The notes below the pieces were generated by a model that was not told the origin of the DNA, did not search any database, and saw only the letters and a list, made by a program, of their open reading frames with translations. Below, in pieces: positions 30,071-40,316 of a DNA stretch of 64,000 nt. Location of the stretch: NCBI GenBank assembly GCA_900546345.1, contig URCI01000007.1:26311-90310 (forward strand), read 5' to 3'. The stretch comes from an uncultured Prevotella sp. (GTDB lineage Bacteria > Bacteroidota > Bacteroidia > Bacteroidales > Bacteroidaceae). The translations under genes and the position numbers were made by a program. Position 1 is the first letter of the stretch. Each line of letters starts with the position of its first letter.

Positions 30071-31408
30071 TTATTCTTTTAAATGGTTGAGTGTATAAGC
30101 CATGACAGGTACAGAAAGCGTGAAAGAGCAAATGTCACTGACGGCTTGGCACATCTCCACCCCCATCAATCCGAAGAAAGGCGGAAGAAGGAGGATCAGC
30201 GGAACAAAGAAGAGTCCACTGCGCGCCGAAGCCAGCAGGTTTGCTGCCACTGGTTTGCGGCACGTCTGTGTGAGCATGTTGCTCGTCATGATGAAGCTGT
30301 TGAGCGGCAATGTACTGATTTGCCAACGAAGCGCAACTATGCCGATGGCGATGACCTCAGCGTCGTTGCGGAAGATACCGATCAGATGATCGCTGATCAG
30401 CCAGCCAATGCCTGTGCAGATCACAAGAAAGACCGTGCCCACAGCAATGGTGAACCAGTAGGCACGTTTCAACCGCGGAATGAGACCGGCACCATAGCAG
30501 AAACCGCACAAAGGCTGAAATCCCTGACCCAGTCCGATGACGACGGCCATGACCATCATGGTGATGCGGTTGACGATGCTCATGGCGGCGATGGCAGCAT
30601 CGCCGTAGTTGCCTGCTGCGTGGTTGAGCATGGTTGTGGCCAGACACAAGAGTCCTTGGCGACAAAGTGAGGGACTGCCTCCAAAGAAGATCTCCTTGAA
30701 GGCGGACCACGAGGGAGAGAAGAGCCGGAAACGGATGGCGATGTTCTCGCCACGACGGGTCATGAAGAACAGAATCAGAAAGCTCACTATCTGTCCCGTC
30801 ACCGTCGCTATGGCGGCTCCCGCCACGCCCCAATGAAAGACAAAGATGAATAGTGGGTCGAGAGCTACGTTGAGGATGGCACCAGTGACGATGCCGATCA
30901 TGGCAAACGATGCGTTGCCCTGAAGACGCAACTGATTGTTGAGTGTCAGTGAGCCTGTCAGAAAGGGAGCGCCCAAAAGGATGATGCCGAGATACTGACG
31001 CGTATGAGGCAGAATCGTCGGCGTGGCACCCAGCAGCAGCGACAGCGGGTTGAGGAACACCCAGCCTAATAGCGTGATCACGCCACCTGCCATCACAGAG
31101 AAGCAAATCCCTGTGGCGGCCATGCGCGCCGCATTGTCGTGACGTCGGGCACCTAACTCGCGTGAGATGTAATTGCCGGAGCCGTGACCGAAGAAAAAGC
31201 CGATGGCCTGAACGAAGAACATCATCGAAAACACCACACCGACAGCTGCCGTCGACTGCGTGTCGAGCTTGCCGACAAAAAACGTGTCCGCCATGTTGTA
31301 CAAGGCGGTGACGAGCATGCTGATGATCGTCGGTATGGCCATCGTCGGTATGACACGACGGATGGGTGCCGTGGTGAGGTAGGTGTAGTTGTCCGTTCCT
31401 GCGTGCAT
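30071..31408 (-). CDS. MATE family efflux transporter
   Basis: YNMADTFFVG, LNVALDPLFIF, GVAGAAIAT, GQGFQPLCG. Confidence 0.93.
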   Translation of the reverse strand: MHAGTDNYTYLTTAPIRRVIPTMAIPTIISMLVTALYNMADTFFVGKLDTQSTAAVGVVFSMMFFVQAIGFFFGHGSGNYISRELGARRHDNAARMAATGICFSVMAGGVITLLGWVFLNPLSLLLGATPTILPHTRQYLGIILLGAPFLTGSLTLNNQLRLQGNASFAMIGIVTGAILNVALDPLFIFVFHWGVAGAAIATVTGQIVSFLILFFMTRRGENIAIRFRLFSPSWSAFKEIFFGGSPSLCRQGLLCLATTMLNHAAGNYGDAAIAAMSIVNRITMMVMAVVIGLGQGFQPLCGFCYGAGLIPRLKRAYWFTIAVGTVFLVICTGIGWLISDHLIGIFRNDAEVIAIGIVALRWQISTLPLNSFIMTSNMLTQTCRKPVAANLLASARSGLFFVPLILLLPPFFGLMGVEMCQAVSDICSFTLSVPVMAYTLNHLKE

Positions 31409-31532
31409 ATGCTTAGTCTCTCTCCTTTTATATAAAGGCCCATCTCGGGGTCAGAAAAAGACCTTACCCAAGGTTAAATACTGTTGGATAAAGTAAGGAT
31501 GACCTTTCGCGAGGTGCGAAAGGTCGATGGAT

Positions 31533-32315
31533 TTATTTTAATTGCAGTTCCACGGGGCAGTGATCACTGCCGAACACTTCGTTGTGGATTTCGGCGGCTG
31601 CGATACGTGGTTGTAAGCTGTTGGATGTCAAGAAGTAGTCGATGCGCCATCCTGCATTTTTCTCTCTGGCCCGGAAGCGGTAGCTCCACCACGAATATTT
31701 TACCTCGTCGGGATGCAGCAAGCGGAAGGTGTCGATGAAACCGCTGTTGAGCAGCACCGTCATCTTCTCGCGCTCTTCGTCGGTGAAGCCTGCGTTGTGG
31801 CGGTTGGTCTTCGGATTCTTGATGTCGATTTCCTCATGCGCCACGTTCATGTCCCCGCAGACGATGACCGGTTTTTTCTCGTTGAGTGTGAGTAAGTACT
31901 TCCGGAAGTCGTCCTCCCACGTCATGCGATAGTCAAGACGGCGCAGGCCGTCTTGTGAGTTGGGTGTGTAGACACAGACAAGATAGAAGTCAGCATATTC
32001 GAGCGTGATGACGCGTCCCTCATGATCGTGGGCGTCGATGCCCATGCCGTAGGCGACGCTCTGTGGCTCGTGCCGTGCAAAGATCGCCGTACCACTGTAG
32101 CCTTTCTTATCGGCATAGTTCCAGTACGAGGTATATCCGGGGAATTGCAGGTCGAGCTGCCCAGCCTGCATCTTGGTTTCTTGCAGACAGAAAAAGTCAG
32201 CATCCAAGTCTTTGAAGTAAGCCTCAAAGCCCTTGCTGATGACTTTACCGTCGTCGTCGGTCTTCGGCTTCATGCAGGCGCGAAGTCCGTTGACGTTCCA
32301 TGATATGAATTTCAT
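31533..32315 (-). CDS. xth: exodeoxyribonuclease III
   Basis: SWNVNGLRA, LQETK, GDMNVAH, GWRIDY, GSDHCP. Confidence 0.96.
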   Translation of the reverse strand: MKFISWNVNGLRACMKPKTDDDGKVISKGFEAYFKDLDADFFCLQETKMQAGQLDLQFPGYTSYWNYADKKGYSGTAIFARHEPQSVAYGMGIDAHDHEGRVITLEYADFYLVCVYTPNSQDGLRRLDYRMTWEDDFRKYLLTLNEKKPVIVCGDMNVAHEEIDIKNPKTNRHNAGFTDEEREKMTVLLNSGFIDTFRLLHPDEVKYSWWSYRFRAREKNAGWRIDYFLTSNSLQPRIAAAEIHNEVFGSDHCPVELQLK

Positions 32316-32409
32316 GCGTTGGTGATTAAAGAGTGCTATATATAATAAGGTGTACCACCCGTATGCTGTGCCTACTATATATATAATATAATAAGGTGTA
32401 GCCAGCTTG

Positions 32410-32991
32410 TTATTTCACTTTCAGCAGGCTGAGGAACTCCATTCTGGTCTTTGCCGACTCGAAGACACCGCTGTAGGCGCTTGTCGTAGTCATGGAGTTC
32501 TGCTTCTCCACGCCGCGCATCTGCATACAGAGGTGTCGTGCCTCCAACACGACCATCACGCCCTGCGGCTTGAGCGTCTCGCGGATGCACTGCTCGATCT
32601 GCTCTGTCAACCGCTCCTGCACTTGCAGTCGGTGGGAGAAGATGTCGACGACACGTGCGATCTTGCTCAGTCCCGTGATGTAGCCATTGGGGATATAGGC
32701 CACATGAGCCTTGCCGAAAAACGGCAGCATGTGGTGCTCGCACATCGAGAAGAAGTCGATGTCCTTGACGATGACCATCTGGTTGTATTTCTCTTCAAAG
32801 AGTGCGTCAGTGAGCACTTTCTTCGGGTCCTGCGTATAGCCGCGCGTGAGCGTCTGCATGGCTTTGGCCACGCGCATAGGCGTCTTGATGAGTCCCTCAC
32901 GTTCGGGATCTTCACCCAGCAGCGTGAGTATGTCTTTATAGTGGGCGGCCAGTTCGTCGAGACCTGGCCGAAATTCTGTTTCTGGATTCAT
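32410..32991 (-). CDS. folE: GTP cyclohydrolase I
   Basis: [34 protein letters not shown]. Confidence 0.97.
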   Translation of the reverse strand: MNPETEFRPGLDELAAHYKDILTLLGEDPEREGLIKTPMRVAKAMQTLTRGYTQDPKKVLTDALFEEKYNQMVIVKDIDFFSMCEHHMLPFFGKAHVAYIPNGYITGLSKIARVVDIFSHRLQVQERLTEQIEQCIRETLKPQGVMVVLEARHLCMQMRGVEKQNSMTTTSAYSGVFESAKTRMEFLSLLKVK

Positions 32992-33029
32992 TATTATTTA
33001 TTTCTTATGCACTATACATTATACATTAT

Positions 33030-33986
33030 TTAGTTCACCGTGATCTTTCCTTTTACGATCGTGGCGGACTTATAGCCCATCTTCTTCACGGCGCGCAACA
33101 TCTTTTGCGCTTCACCGAGCGAACGGTAGTTGCCCACGCGACAGATCCATCGTGGGGAATAGAAATGGACGTATATGGGTTGGTCAGGGAACCGCATCTT
33201 GATGTCGTTGCCTGCCTGTTGAGCTTTCATCTTATCGGCGCGCGTGTTGCCACCGGCAAAGGCCTGGACTCGATAGCCCGTGACCTTTCGGCTGCCACGC
33301 ATGACTTTTTTGCGCATATCGACAGTCGGGATCGACATCTCGTCATCGTCCTGCTGGCGTGTCTGGCTTCTGCGCTCACTGTCTAATTTCTTTTTATAGG
33401 CTTCGGCTTCGCGGGCCCATTGTGCTCTCTTCTCGGCCTCAGCGTTTTCCGCTCTTGCCTTTGCTTCCTCGGCAGCTTCCTGTCTGGCTAAGGCAGCAGC
33501 CTCTTGCTTGGCTTTGGCGGCCGCTTCCTGTCGGCGCATCTCGGCGAGCTGCTCTTCTTTTTTGGCAGCTTCTGCGTTTGCCTCAGCCTTTTTTTGTTCT
33601 ACGGCGATGGCCGCTTTGCGTGCCGCTTCAACAGCGTTTTTGTTCTGAGCGGATTGTTTTCCCAATGCGATAGCCGCCTTGCGCTCAGCTTCCGCGGCTT
33701 TAGAGAGCGTGTTTTTCTGCTGGGATGCAAGACTATTGCTTCCCGTGTTTCTGGCCTGAGCATTGTTTTTGTTGCCCGGCGTTTGGTTGTTTGGAGTGAT
33801 GTTGTTCTTTTCCTGGGATGCTGCAGCGTTGCCGTTGACCAGATCATTGATGGCTTTGCTTTGCGTCACCGTGATCTTTCCCTCGCCTTGTTTCTGCTGT
33901 TGCAGATGTCCAAGAAAGGTCTGAGCCTTGACAGGAGCGGCTCCTATGGTCAGCATGCTGATGATCCCCAAGATCAGTCTCTTCAT
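33030..33986 (-). CDS. SPOR-domain protein with a long Ala/Lys/Glu-rich helical linker
   Basis: C-terminal GYRVQAF...SPRWICRVGNY; signal peptide. Confidence 0.85.
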   Translation of the reverse strand: MKRLILGIISMLTIGAAPVKAQTFLGHLQQQKQGEGKITVTQSKAINDLVNGNAAASQEKNNITPNNQTPGNKNNAQARNTGSNSLASQQKNTLSKAAEAERKAAIALGKQSAQNKNAVEAARKAAIAVEQKKAEANAEAAKKEEQLAEMRRQEAAAKAKQEAAALARQEAAEEAKARAENAEAEKRAQWAREAEAYKKKLDSERRSQTRQQDDDEMSIPTVDMRKKVMRGSRKVTGYRVQAFAGGNTRADKMKAQQAGNDIKMRFPDQPIYVHFYSPRWICRVGNYRSLGEAQKMLRAVKKMGYKSATIVKGKITVN

Positions 33987-34090
33987 AATCGTCGTTATAA
34001 AAGTCAGAAATCAGAGGGCCCACCCGGCTGTCTGTGGATTCCAGACAGCCTTTAGGGACGACCCTCTCATTCCTGATGAATGATGGATAA

Positions 34091-36256
34091 TTACTTCCAG
34101 GCGTCGATGATAGCCTTGAAGTCAGCAGCCTTCAAAGAAGCGCCACCGATCAGACCGCCGTCGATGTCGGGCTTAGAGAAGAGCTCCTTGGCATTGCCGG
34201 GCTTGCAGCTGCCGCCATAGAGAATGGTGGTGTCCTCAGCAGCTTCCTTGCCGTACTTCTCAGCGACGATGCTACGGATGTAAGCGAGCATCTCTTCGGC
34301 CTGGTCGCTGGTAGCGGTCTTGCCGGTACCGATAGCCCAGATCGGCTCGTAAGCCAGCACGATGTTCTTCCACTCTTCGGCAGAGAGGTTGAAGACGCTG
34401 CCGTCGAGCTCAGCCTTGACGACCTCGTTCTGCTTGTTAGCCTCGCGCTCCTCGAGTGTCTCGCCGCAGCAGAAGATCACCTTCAGGCCGTTGGCCAGTG
34501 CCAGCTGCACCTTCTCCTTCAGGATCTCAGGAGTCTCGTTGTAGTACTGGCGACGCTCGCTGTGACCGAGAATGACGTACTGAGCACCAGTGGACTTCAC
34601 CATAGCAGCAGAGACCTCGCCTGTGTAGGCACCCTTTTCCTTGTCTGCGCAGTTCTCAGCGCCCAGGGCTACTACGTTCTGATCCAGCACCTCGGCAACC
34701 TTAGCCAAGTGGATGAACGGTGTGCAGACGATGACACCACAGTTAGGTTTGTCAGCAGCACAAGCCTCATTGATCTCTTTAGCCAGGGCGATGCCCTCCT
34801 GCAGGTTCTCATTCATTTTCCAGTTGCCTGCAACAATTTTCTTTCTCATTTTTCTTTTCCTTTCTATTAGTGATAAGTTAAACAGTTGTTGTTGTATCTG
34901 ATTCTCTTTTTTCTTCTGCCAGGCTCTTAGCCATTTTGTCCAAGCCCACAGTCGGTCGGCAAGTGTCAGAAGGAAGAGTGGGAGGATGAACCACAGGGCG
35001 ACTTTCGCCATCGTGCCGGCAGCCGTGTGCTCATCAGGCTGTCCGATCGGCAGTTTGCTGATGTCGCCTTGCAGGTCAGCCGCGTCGGGCAGGTCGTTGT
35101 GGCTCCATTTGTGGAGGATCGTTCCGTTCTTGATCAGCATCAGCCCCGGGTTGCTGCGGATCATCGTCTTCAGCGTGGTGCCGTCGACGAGCAGGAAAGG
35201 ATATTCGGCGCCGGTGATGTCTTCCCAGTGATGAATGTCTTTGTCACTGGAAGCTGTCAGACAGTAGAACGGGATATGCTGGTCGAGACAGTACTCATAG
35301 AGTTGGTCGATGGCGCCAAAGTTGCCGTCGTCGGCAGTGCGGAGGTTGGGTGCGATGAGCAGGAAGGTGTAGCCCCGCCGGTCGAGAATGCTGTCGGTAA
35401 GATCATCGCCGGCGCGAGTCTGAATAGAGAAATCGTGGATCGGGGGCACGTAGCCTTCGGCCGTCTGCACCGTCTTGGAGTCGATGAATGTCCACGTGGA
35501 GTCGGGATAGTTGTCGAGTGTGAATTCCTTCTTCACACCATTCTTTTCGAGGATAAACGTCGTCTCGAACTGAGGCTGTGGCGCGCCGGGCGGGATCTCC
35601 ATGCCCTTCTTGATGTTCATGCCGACATGATAAGGCCGGAAGTCAAAGACCGGCAGTCGGTAGAGGCAATAGGTGCTTGTGACCAGGATGAAGATGATGG
35701 TGTAGTTGATCGCAATCCATTGGTTGGGTCTGGAGATGAAGCGATACATCGCGAGCGGCTTCTTCCATAAGAGGATGGCACAGGCCGTCAGCCCGATGTT
35801 CTTCAGCAGTGACTCGGTATTGGTGAGGTGCACGGCATCACCGAAGCAACCGCAGTCCTTGACAGGATTGGCAATGACGAGCCACAGCGTGATCAGTGTC
35901 ATCACCGCCATGAAGGCGAGAATGATCTTGGAGGTCAGTCTCCTTCGGATGGCCAAAACCATGAAGATGCCCAGGCTAAACTCCAGACCTGCCAGCAGGA
36001 TGGCGGCAGAGATGAGCAGATAATCGGGCAGGACACCCGGCAAGCCGACTGCTTCGAGATAGTCCTGCATTTTGTAGAGTGTCCCCAGTGGGTCGATGGC
36101 CTTGACATAGCCGGAGAAGATAAAGGTCAGACCAACCACAAAGCGGGCTATGTTGACGAGAATCAACGTCAACGTATGGAGCCATTGTGGCCTTTTGTCG
36201 GTCTGTGCATGTGGTTGCATGTTCTCTTCTTTTTCGGTTATTGCCATGTGGTGCAT
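34091..36256 (-). CDS. tpiA: DoxX/MauE-like membrane protein fused in frame to triosephosphate isomerase (TpiA domain 34091-34849)
   Basis: N-terminal part has KAIDP and CGCFGDA plus TM helices; C-terminal part has [33 protein letters not shown]. No stop between them. Confidence 0.92.
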   Translation of the reverse strand: MHHMAITEKEENMQPHAQTDKRPQWLHTLTLILVNIARFVVGLTFIFSGYVKAIDPLGTLYKMQDYLEAVGLPGVLPDYLLISAAILLAGLEFSLGIFMVLAIRRRLTSKIILAFMAVMTLITLWLVIANPVKDCGCFGDAVHLTNTESLLKNIGLTACAILLWKKPLAMYRFISRPNQWIAINYTIIFILVTSTYCLYRLPVFDFRPYHVGMNIKKGMEIPPGAPQPQFETTFILEKNGVKKEFTLDNYPDSTWTFIDSKTVQTAEGYVPPIHDFSIQTRAGDDLTDSILDRRGYTFLLIAPNLRTADDGNFGAIDQLYEYCLDQHIPFYCLTASSDKDIHHWEDITGAEYPFLLVDGTTLKTMIRSNPGLMLIKNGTILHKWSHNDLPDAADLQGDISKLPIGQPDEHTAAGTMAKVALWFILPLFLLTLADRLWAWTKWLRAWQKKKENQIQQQLFNLSLIERKRKMRKKIVAGNWKMNENLQEGIALAKEINEACAADKPNCGVIVCTPFIHLAKVAEVLDQNVVALGAENCADKEKGAYTGEVSAAMVKSTGAQYVILGHSERRQYYNETPEILKEKVQLALANGLKVIFCCGETLEEREANKQNEVVKAELDGSVFNLSAEEWKNIVLAYEPIWAIGTGKTATSDQAEEMLAYIRSIVAEKYGKEAAEDTTILYGGSCKPGNAKELFSKPDIDGGLIGGASLKAADFKAIIDAWK

Positions 36257-36306
36257 AAAGAAAAATGGTACAGCGCCGGAGCGTCTTGTGGACAGCGCCT
36301 GCGGGC

Positions 36307-36870
36307 TTATTGTTCGTCGGACTTCCGTTGCGTGCGGATAGCCCCGAAGACTGCGTAGTTGATGATGTCGTAGTAGTTGCTGTCGATGCCTTCAGAGACG
36401 AGCGCTTGGCCGTGGTTCTCTTCGAGCTCTTTGACACGCTCTATCTTTGTGAGGATGAAGTCGGTGTAGCTTGTCACGCGCATGTCGCGCCAGGCTTCGC
36501 CATAGTCGTGGTTTTTGCGCTTCATCAGTTCGAAGGCTTCCCGAGCGTAGTGGTCGTAGAGCTTGAGAGCGTCATCCGGTGTAGTGTCGATCGTGTCGGC
36601 AAATCCCTCTTTAAGCTGTATGAGTCCGATGATTCCATAGTTGATCAGCGCGATGAACTCCGGTCGGATGCCTTCACCGACGAGGCTTTGTCCGGTGATC
36701 TCCAGTGTGCGGATGCGCTTGGCCTTGATAAAGAGCTGGTCAGTCAGCGAAGAGGGGCGGAGCATACGCCACGAAGCACCATAGTCATGGAGCTTCTTGG
36801 CAAAGAGCTGCCGGCACTCTGCCATGATATCTTGGAATTGTTTTTCTGTCTCTTGCACGGTTGTACTCAT
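36307..36870 (-). CDS. DUF1599 family protein
   Basis: Duplicated K..DYG.(S/A)WR motif; gene context upstream of DoxX-tpiA. Confidence 0.85.
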   Translation of the reverse strand: MSTTVQETEKQFQDIMAECRQLFAKKLHDYGASWRMLRPSSLTDQLFIKAKRIRTLEITGQSLVGEGIRPEFIALINYGIIGLIQLKEGFADTIDTTPDDALKLYDHYAREAFELMKRKNHDYGEAWRDMRVTSYTDFILTKIERVKELEENHGQALVSEGIDSNYYDIINYAVFGAIRTQRKSDEQ

Positions 36871-36942
36871 ATGATATATATGGTGCTAAGTTTCTGCAAA
36901 GTTACAGAAATTAATCGAGAAACGGAAAGATAAGGAGAATTA

Positions 36943-37266
36943 TTACTTGCACAGCACGATGTCGACGGGTTGCATGGTGACGAGGATGCCCTTCGGTTGC
37001 GCTTTGAGGGTGGGAAGGATCTTGTCGAGGAAAGCCTGTAGCTTCTCTTCGTCGTCAATGATCTCAACGACAATCGGATATTTGACGTTGAGCTCCCAAA
37101 ACTTGTTGGAGCGTAGCTTGCTGGCTTTGCCGTAGCCCATGATGCCTTGTAGCACCGTGGCACCTGCCAGTTGCTCACGCTGTGCGGCGCGTGCGATCTC
37201 CTCGTAGAGCGACTCGTGGCGGATCGTATCGGTGTTGCTGAGATAGAAACGGAGTATCTTTTTCAT
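36943..37266 (-). CDS. DUF190 (PII-like) protein
   Basis: LAGATVLQGIMGYG, PIVVEIID; adjacent to crcB. Confidence 0.88.
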   Translation of the reverse strand: MKKILRFYLSNTDTIRHESLYEEIARAAQREQLAGATVLQGIMGYGKASKLRSNKFWELNVKYPIVVEIIDDEEKLQAFLDKILPTLKAQPKGILVTMQPVDIVLCK

Positions 37267-37397
37267 GTTGATATATATATACGTTATGCGAGGTTAGGAC
37301 AACAATCACGGAGAGCCGCCCCTACACATCCACCGCTCTCACCTCTTGGCGGTAATCACTCCCCTCTCCCTTTGGAGAGGGGTTGGGGGTGAGGCTA

Positions 37398-37775
37398 TTA
37401 AATCATTTTGGCGCAGGCATTGCCCACGACGACGGCGATGAGTCCTAGGGCCACGCTCAACCCTATATAGAGGGCGAAGTAGAGGTAGTTGCCGTCGCGC
37501 ATGAGCGCCGTGCTCTCGTTCATGAAGGTGGAGAAGGTGGTGAAGCCGCCACAGAAGCCTGTGGTCAGCACGAGTTTCATGGAGGGAGACATCCAGTCGC
37601 CGGGCCAGTGCAGGCCTGAGAGGAAGCCGATGATCAGGCAGCCTAAGATGTTGACCGCGAAAGTGCCGAGAGGAAAGCTCAAGGGCGCCCACGCCTGAAT
37701 CACCTTCGAGACGATGAAGCGTGAACCACCGCCTAAGAAACTGCCCATGCCGACGAGTAAGAAATCCCTTAACAT
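37398..37775 (-). CDS. crcB: fluoride efflux channel CrcB/FluC
   Basis: GG.SR, FPLGTFAVN, TTGFCGGFTTFSTF. Confidence 0.96.
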   Translation of the reverse strand: MLRDFLLVGMGSFLGGGSRFIVSKVIQAWAPLSFPLGTFAVNILGCLIIGFLSGLHWPGDWMSPSMKLVLTTGFCGGFTTFSTFMNESTALMRDGNYLYFALYIGLSVALGLIAVVVGNACAKMI

Positions 37776-38395
37776 GGTTGTTCTCCTTTGATATGGTTTT
37801 CGTTTTTCACTTCGTATTTCTCTTCGTAGATCATCTTCAACAACTTGAGTCCCGTCTGGGTCTTGAAGATGTTTTTGCGTGCGGCCTCGATGCCGTGCTG
37901 CGAGATATGGTCTTCGTAGAGGTTGACGAGGAAGTCGGCTTCGACCAAGATCTGGTAGTCGGGCGCATCGATATGCTTGTAGGTGTGATGGTGCGCGATG
38001 AGCCAGCAGATGCGCTCGATGTCGGCTTCGTCGTAGTGCATCGACTCGAGGATGGCACGCGCCGGCGCCGGTCCTTCCTGCTCCTGATACTTTCCGTTGC
38101 TGCTGCCGTATTTCGCCTCAGCGGGATGGATGCCGATGTCGTGCAGTACGGCTGTCGACTCTAGGACAAACAGTGTATGGGCGTCCAGTCCTTCGGCGCG
38201 GCCGATGAGCTGGGCGAAACGGTGTACCTTCAGCAGATGTTGTATGCGCATGGGATCACCCTTGTCGAAGTCGATGATGCGGAGAGTGAGGGCATCGATA
38301 GCAGCCTCACCCCCTTGCCCCTCTCCCAAGGAGAGGGGAGTAGTTACAGGGTTAAACGGTATATTGTCCGGCTCTATAGTACTGTGTTTCTTCAT
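37769..38395 (-). CDS. HD-domain phosphohydrolase with a REP-derived N-terminal insert
   Basis: RIQHLLKVH, LHDIG, HHH, EAD; stop overlaps the crcB start. Confidence 0.85.
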   Translation of the reverse strand: MKKHSTIEPDNIPFNPVTTPLSLGEGQGGEAAIDALTLRIIDFDKGDPMRIQHLLKVHRFAQLIGRAEGLDAHTLFVLESTAVLHDIGIHPAEAKYGSSNGKYQEQEGPAPARAILESMHYDEADIERICWLIAHHHTYKHIDAPDYQILVEADFLVNLYEDHISQHGIEAARKNIFKTQTGLKLLKMIYEEKYEVKNENHIKGEQPC

Positions 38396-38647
38396 AACTG
38401 TGTTTCCTCATTCAATATTATGTTATGGCTTTCTATGATGTTGTGCCTTACTATTGATGTTGTTGCGTCCTATAATGATAACGATATTGTTGTGCATCTA
38501 TCATCATTATATTAATTATATTACTTCTTTAATAATACACTCCTTGCATCTTCCTACCACATTCATCACTTGAAGGTAATCACTCCCCTCTCCCTTGGAG
38601 AGGGGCAAGGGGGTGAGGCTGTAGTCGTTGAGGATCATTATATAACG

Positions 38648-40180
38648 CTACTTTTTCACTTTCACGTCATACAGATCTGTGCGCCGGTCGAGCAGGTTAC
38701 GCACCGAGCCGTAGGTATGGAGCTGGTTGAGGCGGGTAAGGTCTACGTCTGCCACAAGGATCATCTCGGTGTTGGGAGTTGCTTCTGCGCGGCGTCCGTC
38801 GTTGGGGAAGGGGAAGTCGCAGGGTGTGAACACAGCGCTTTGGGCATACTGGATGTCCATGTTGTGCACACGCGGCAGGTTGCCCACGCTACCGGCAATA
38901 GCCACATAGCACTCGTTTTCGATGGCGCGCGCCTGTGCGCAGATGCGCACGCGGGCATAAGCGTTCTGCGTGTCCGTCATAAACGGCACGAAGAGAATCT
39001 GCATACCCTGTGCGGCCAACAGACGCGAGAGCTCCGGGAACTCCACGTCGTAGCAGATCACCACGCCAATCTTTCCGCAGTCGGTGTCAAAGGTGCGGAT
39101 GGTGTTGCCGCCATTCAGTCCCCAGCACTTCACCTCGTCGGGTGTGACGTGGATCTTCTCGTACATCTCGTCGGTGCCATCGCGGCGGATGAGGAAGCCG
39201 ACATTATAGAGTCCTCCGTCGTCCTTGACGTAGGGCATGGAGCCCGTGATGATGTTGATGTTGTAGCTGATGGCGAGCTCGCGGAAGCGGTCGCGGATCT
39301 TGTCGGTGTATTTTGCCAAGGCGCGTATCGACTCTGCTTCGCCGAGATCGTTGTAGCGGGCCATGAGGGGAGCATTGAAATATTCCGGGAAGAGGATGAA
39401 GTCGCTTTTATAGTCCGACACCGAGTCTACGAAGAACTCCACCTGCTCAAAGAGTTCGTCGATGCTGTTGTAGGGACGCATCTGCCACTGCACCATGCCG
39501 ATGCGCACGGTAGGCTTGCGCTCCACTTTCTGGTCGCGCTTGGGCTCGTAGTAGATATTGTCCCACTGTAGCAGGCAGGCGTTGTGCTTTGACTCCTCGT
39601 CGTTGGGCAGATAGTTGCGGATGATGCGGCGCACGTGGAAGTCGTTGCTCAACTGGAAGTTCAGCACCGGGTCGTATATCTCGCGCGAGCGTACCTTTTC
39701 GATATACTCTTTCGGTCGCATCGTGTCGGCGTATTTGTGGTAGTTGGGAATACGCCCGCCAAACATGATGGCTTTGAGGTTGAGTTTCTCGCAGAGCTCC
39801 TTACGATATTCATACATGCGCCGTCCGAGTCTGAGCCCACGGTAGTCGGGATGGATAAACACCTCAATGCCGTAAAGGATGTTGCCGTTGGGGTTATGGG
39901 TGTTGAAGGTCTCGTTGCCTGTCACCTGCGCATAGGTGTGGTCACCCTTGACCATGTCGTAGTCGACGATGATGCTGAGGGCACATCCGACAATCTTTCC
40001 GTCGGCGATCACGACCACCTGTCCCTCAGGGAAGATCGTGATCAGTTTTTTGATCTGAGCATGCGTCCAGAACTCATCGCTGTCACCGTAGATGCGCTTA
40101 AAAGAGCCGGCCAGCTGGTCATAGTCTTCCATGCGCAGCGTGCGCAGCTCCACTTTGTTGATTTGATGTGTCGTTTCCAT
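38648..40180 (-). CDS. bifunctional GNAT N-acetyltransferase / carbon-nitrogen hydrolase
   Basis: GNAT motif YRGLRLG; nitrilase triad motifs FPEY, EKIH, ICYDVEFPE. ATG 40180 lies downstream of a -7 motif. Confidence 0.92.
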   Translation of the reverse strand: METTHQINKVELRTLRMEDYDQLAGSFKRIYGDSDEFWTHAQIKKLITIFPEGQVVVIADGKIVGCALSIIVDYDMVKGDHTYAQVTGNETFNTHNPNGNILYGIEVFIHPDYRGLRLGRRMYEYRKELCEKLNLKAIMFGGRIPNYHKYADTMRPKEYIEKVRSREIYDPVLNFQLSNDFHVRRIIRNYLPNDEESKHNACLLQWDNIYYEPKRDQKVERKPTVRIGMVQWQMRPYNSIDELFEQVEFFVDSVSDYKSDFILFPEYFNAPLMARYNDLGEAESIRALAKYTDKIRDRFRELAISYNINIITGSMPYVKDDGGLYNVGFLIRRDGTDEMYEKIHVTPDEVKCWGLNGGNTIRTFDTDCGKIGVVICYDVEFPELSRLLAAQGMQILFVPFMTDTQNAYARVRICAQARAIENECYVAIAGSVGNLPRVHNMDIQYAQSAVFTPCDFPFPNDGRRAEATPNTEMILVADVDLTRLNQLHTYGSVRNLLDRRTDLYDVKVKK

Positions 40181-40316
40181 GTTGTTGGAGTTTGGTGCAA
40201 ATGTACACCATTTCCACGAATTATGCAAGACAAGACTTACCAAATTCACGGAATAGGGCAAAAGTGATGATATTGGTCACTTTTGCCCTTTTTGCGTTTT
40301 CTCTTGCGTGTGGATG

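Noticed and set aside
38396..38640. Fluoride riboswitch upstream of the HD-crcB unit
   Set aside because: No GGxGATGG...TGAxxxCT consensus was found by eye.
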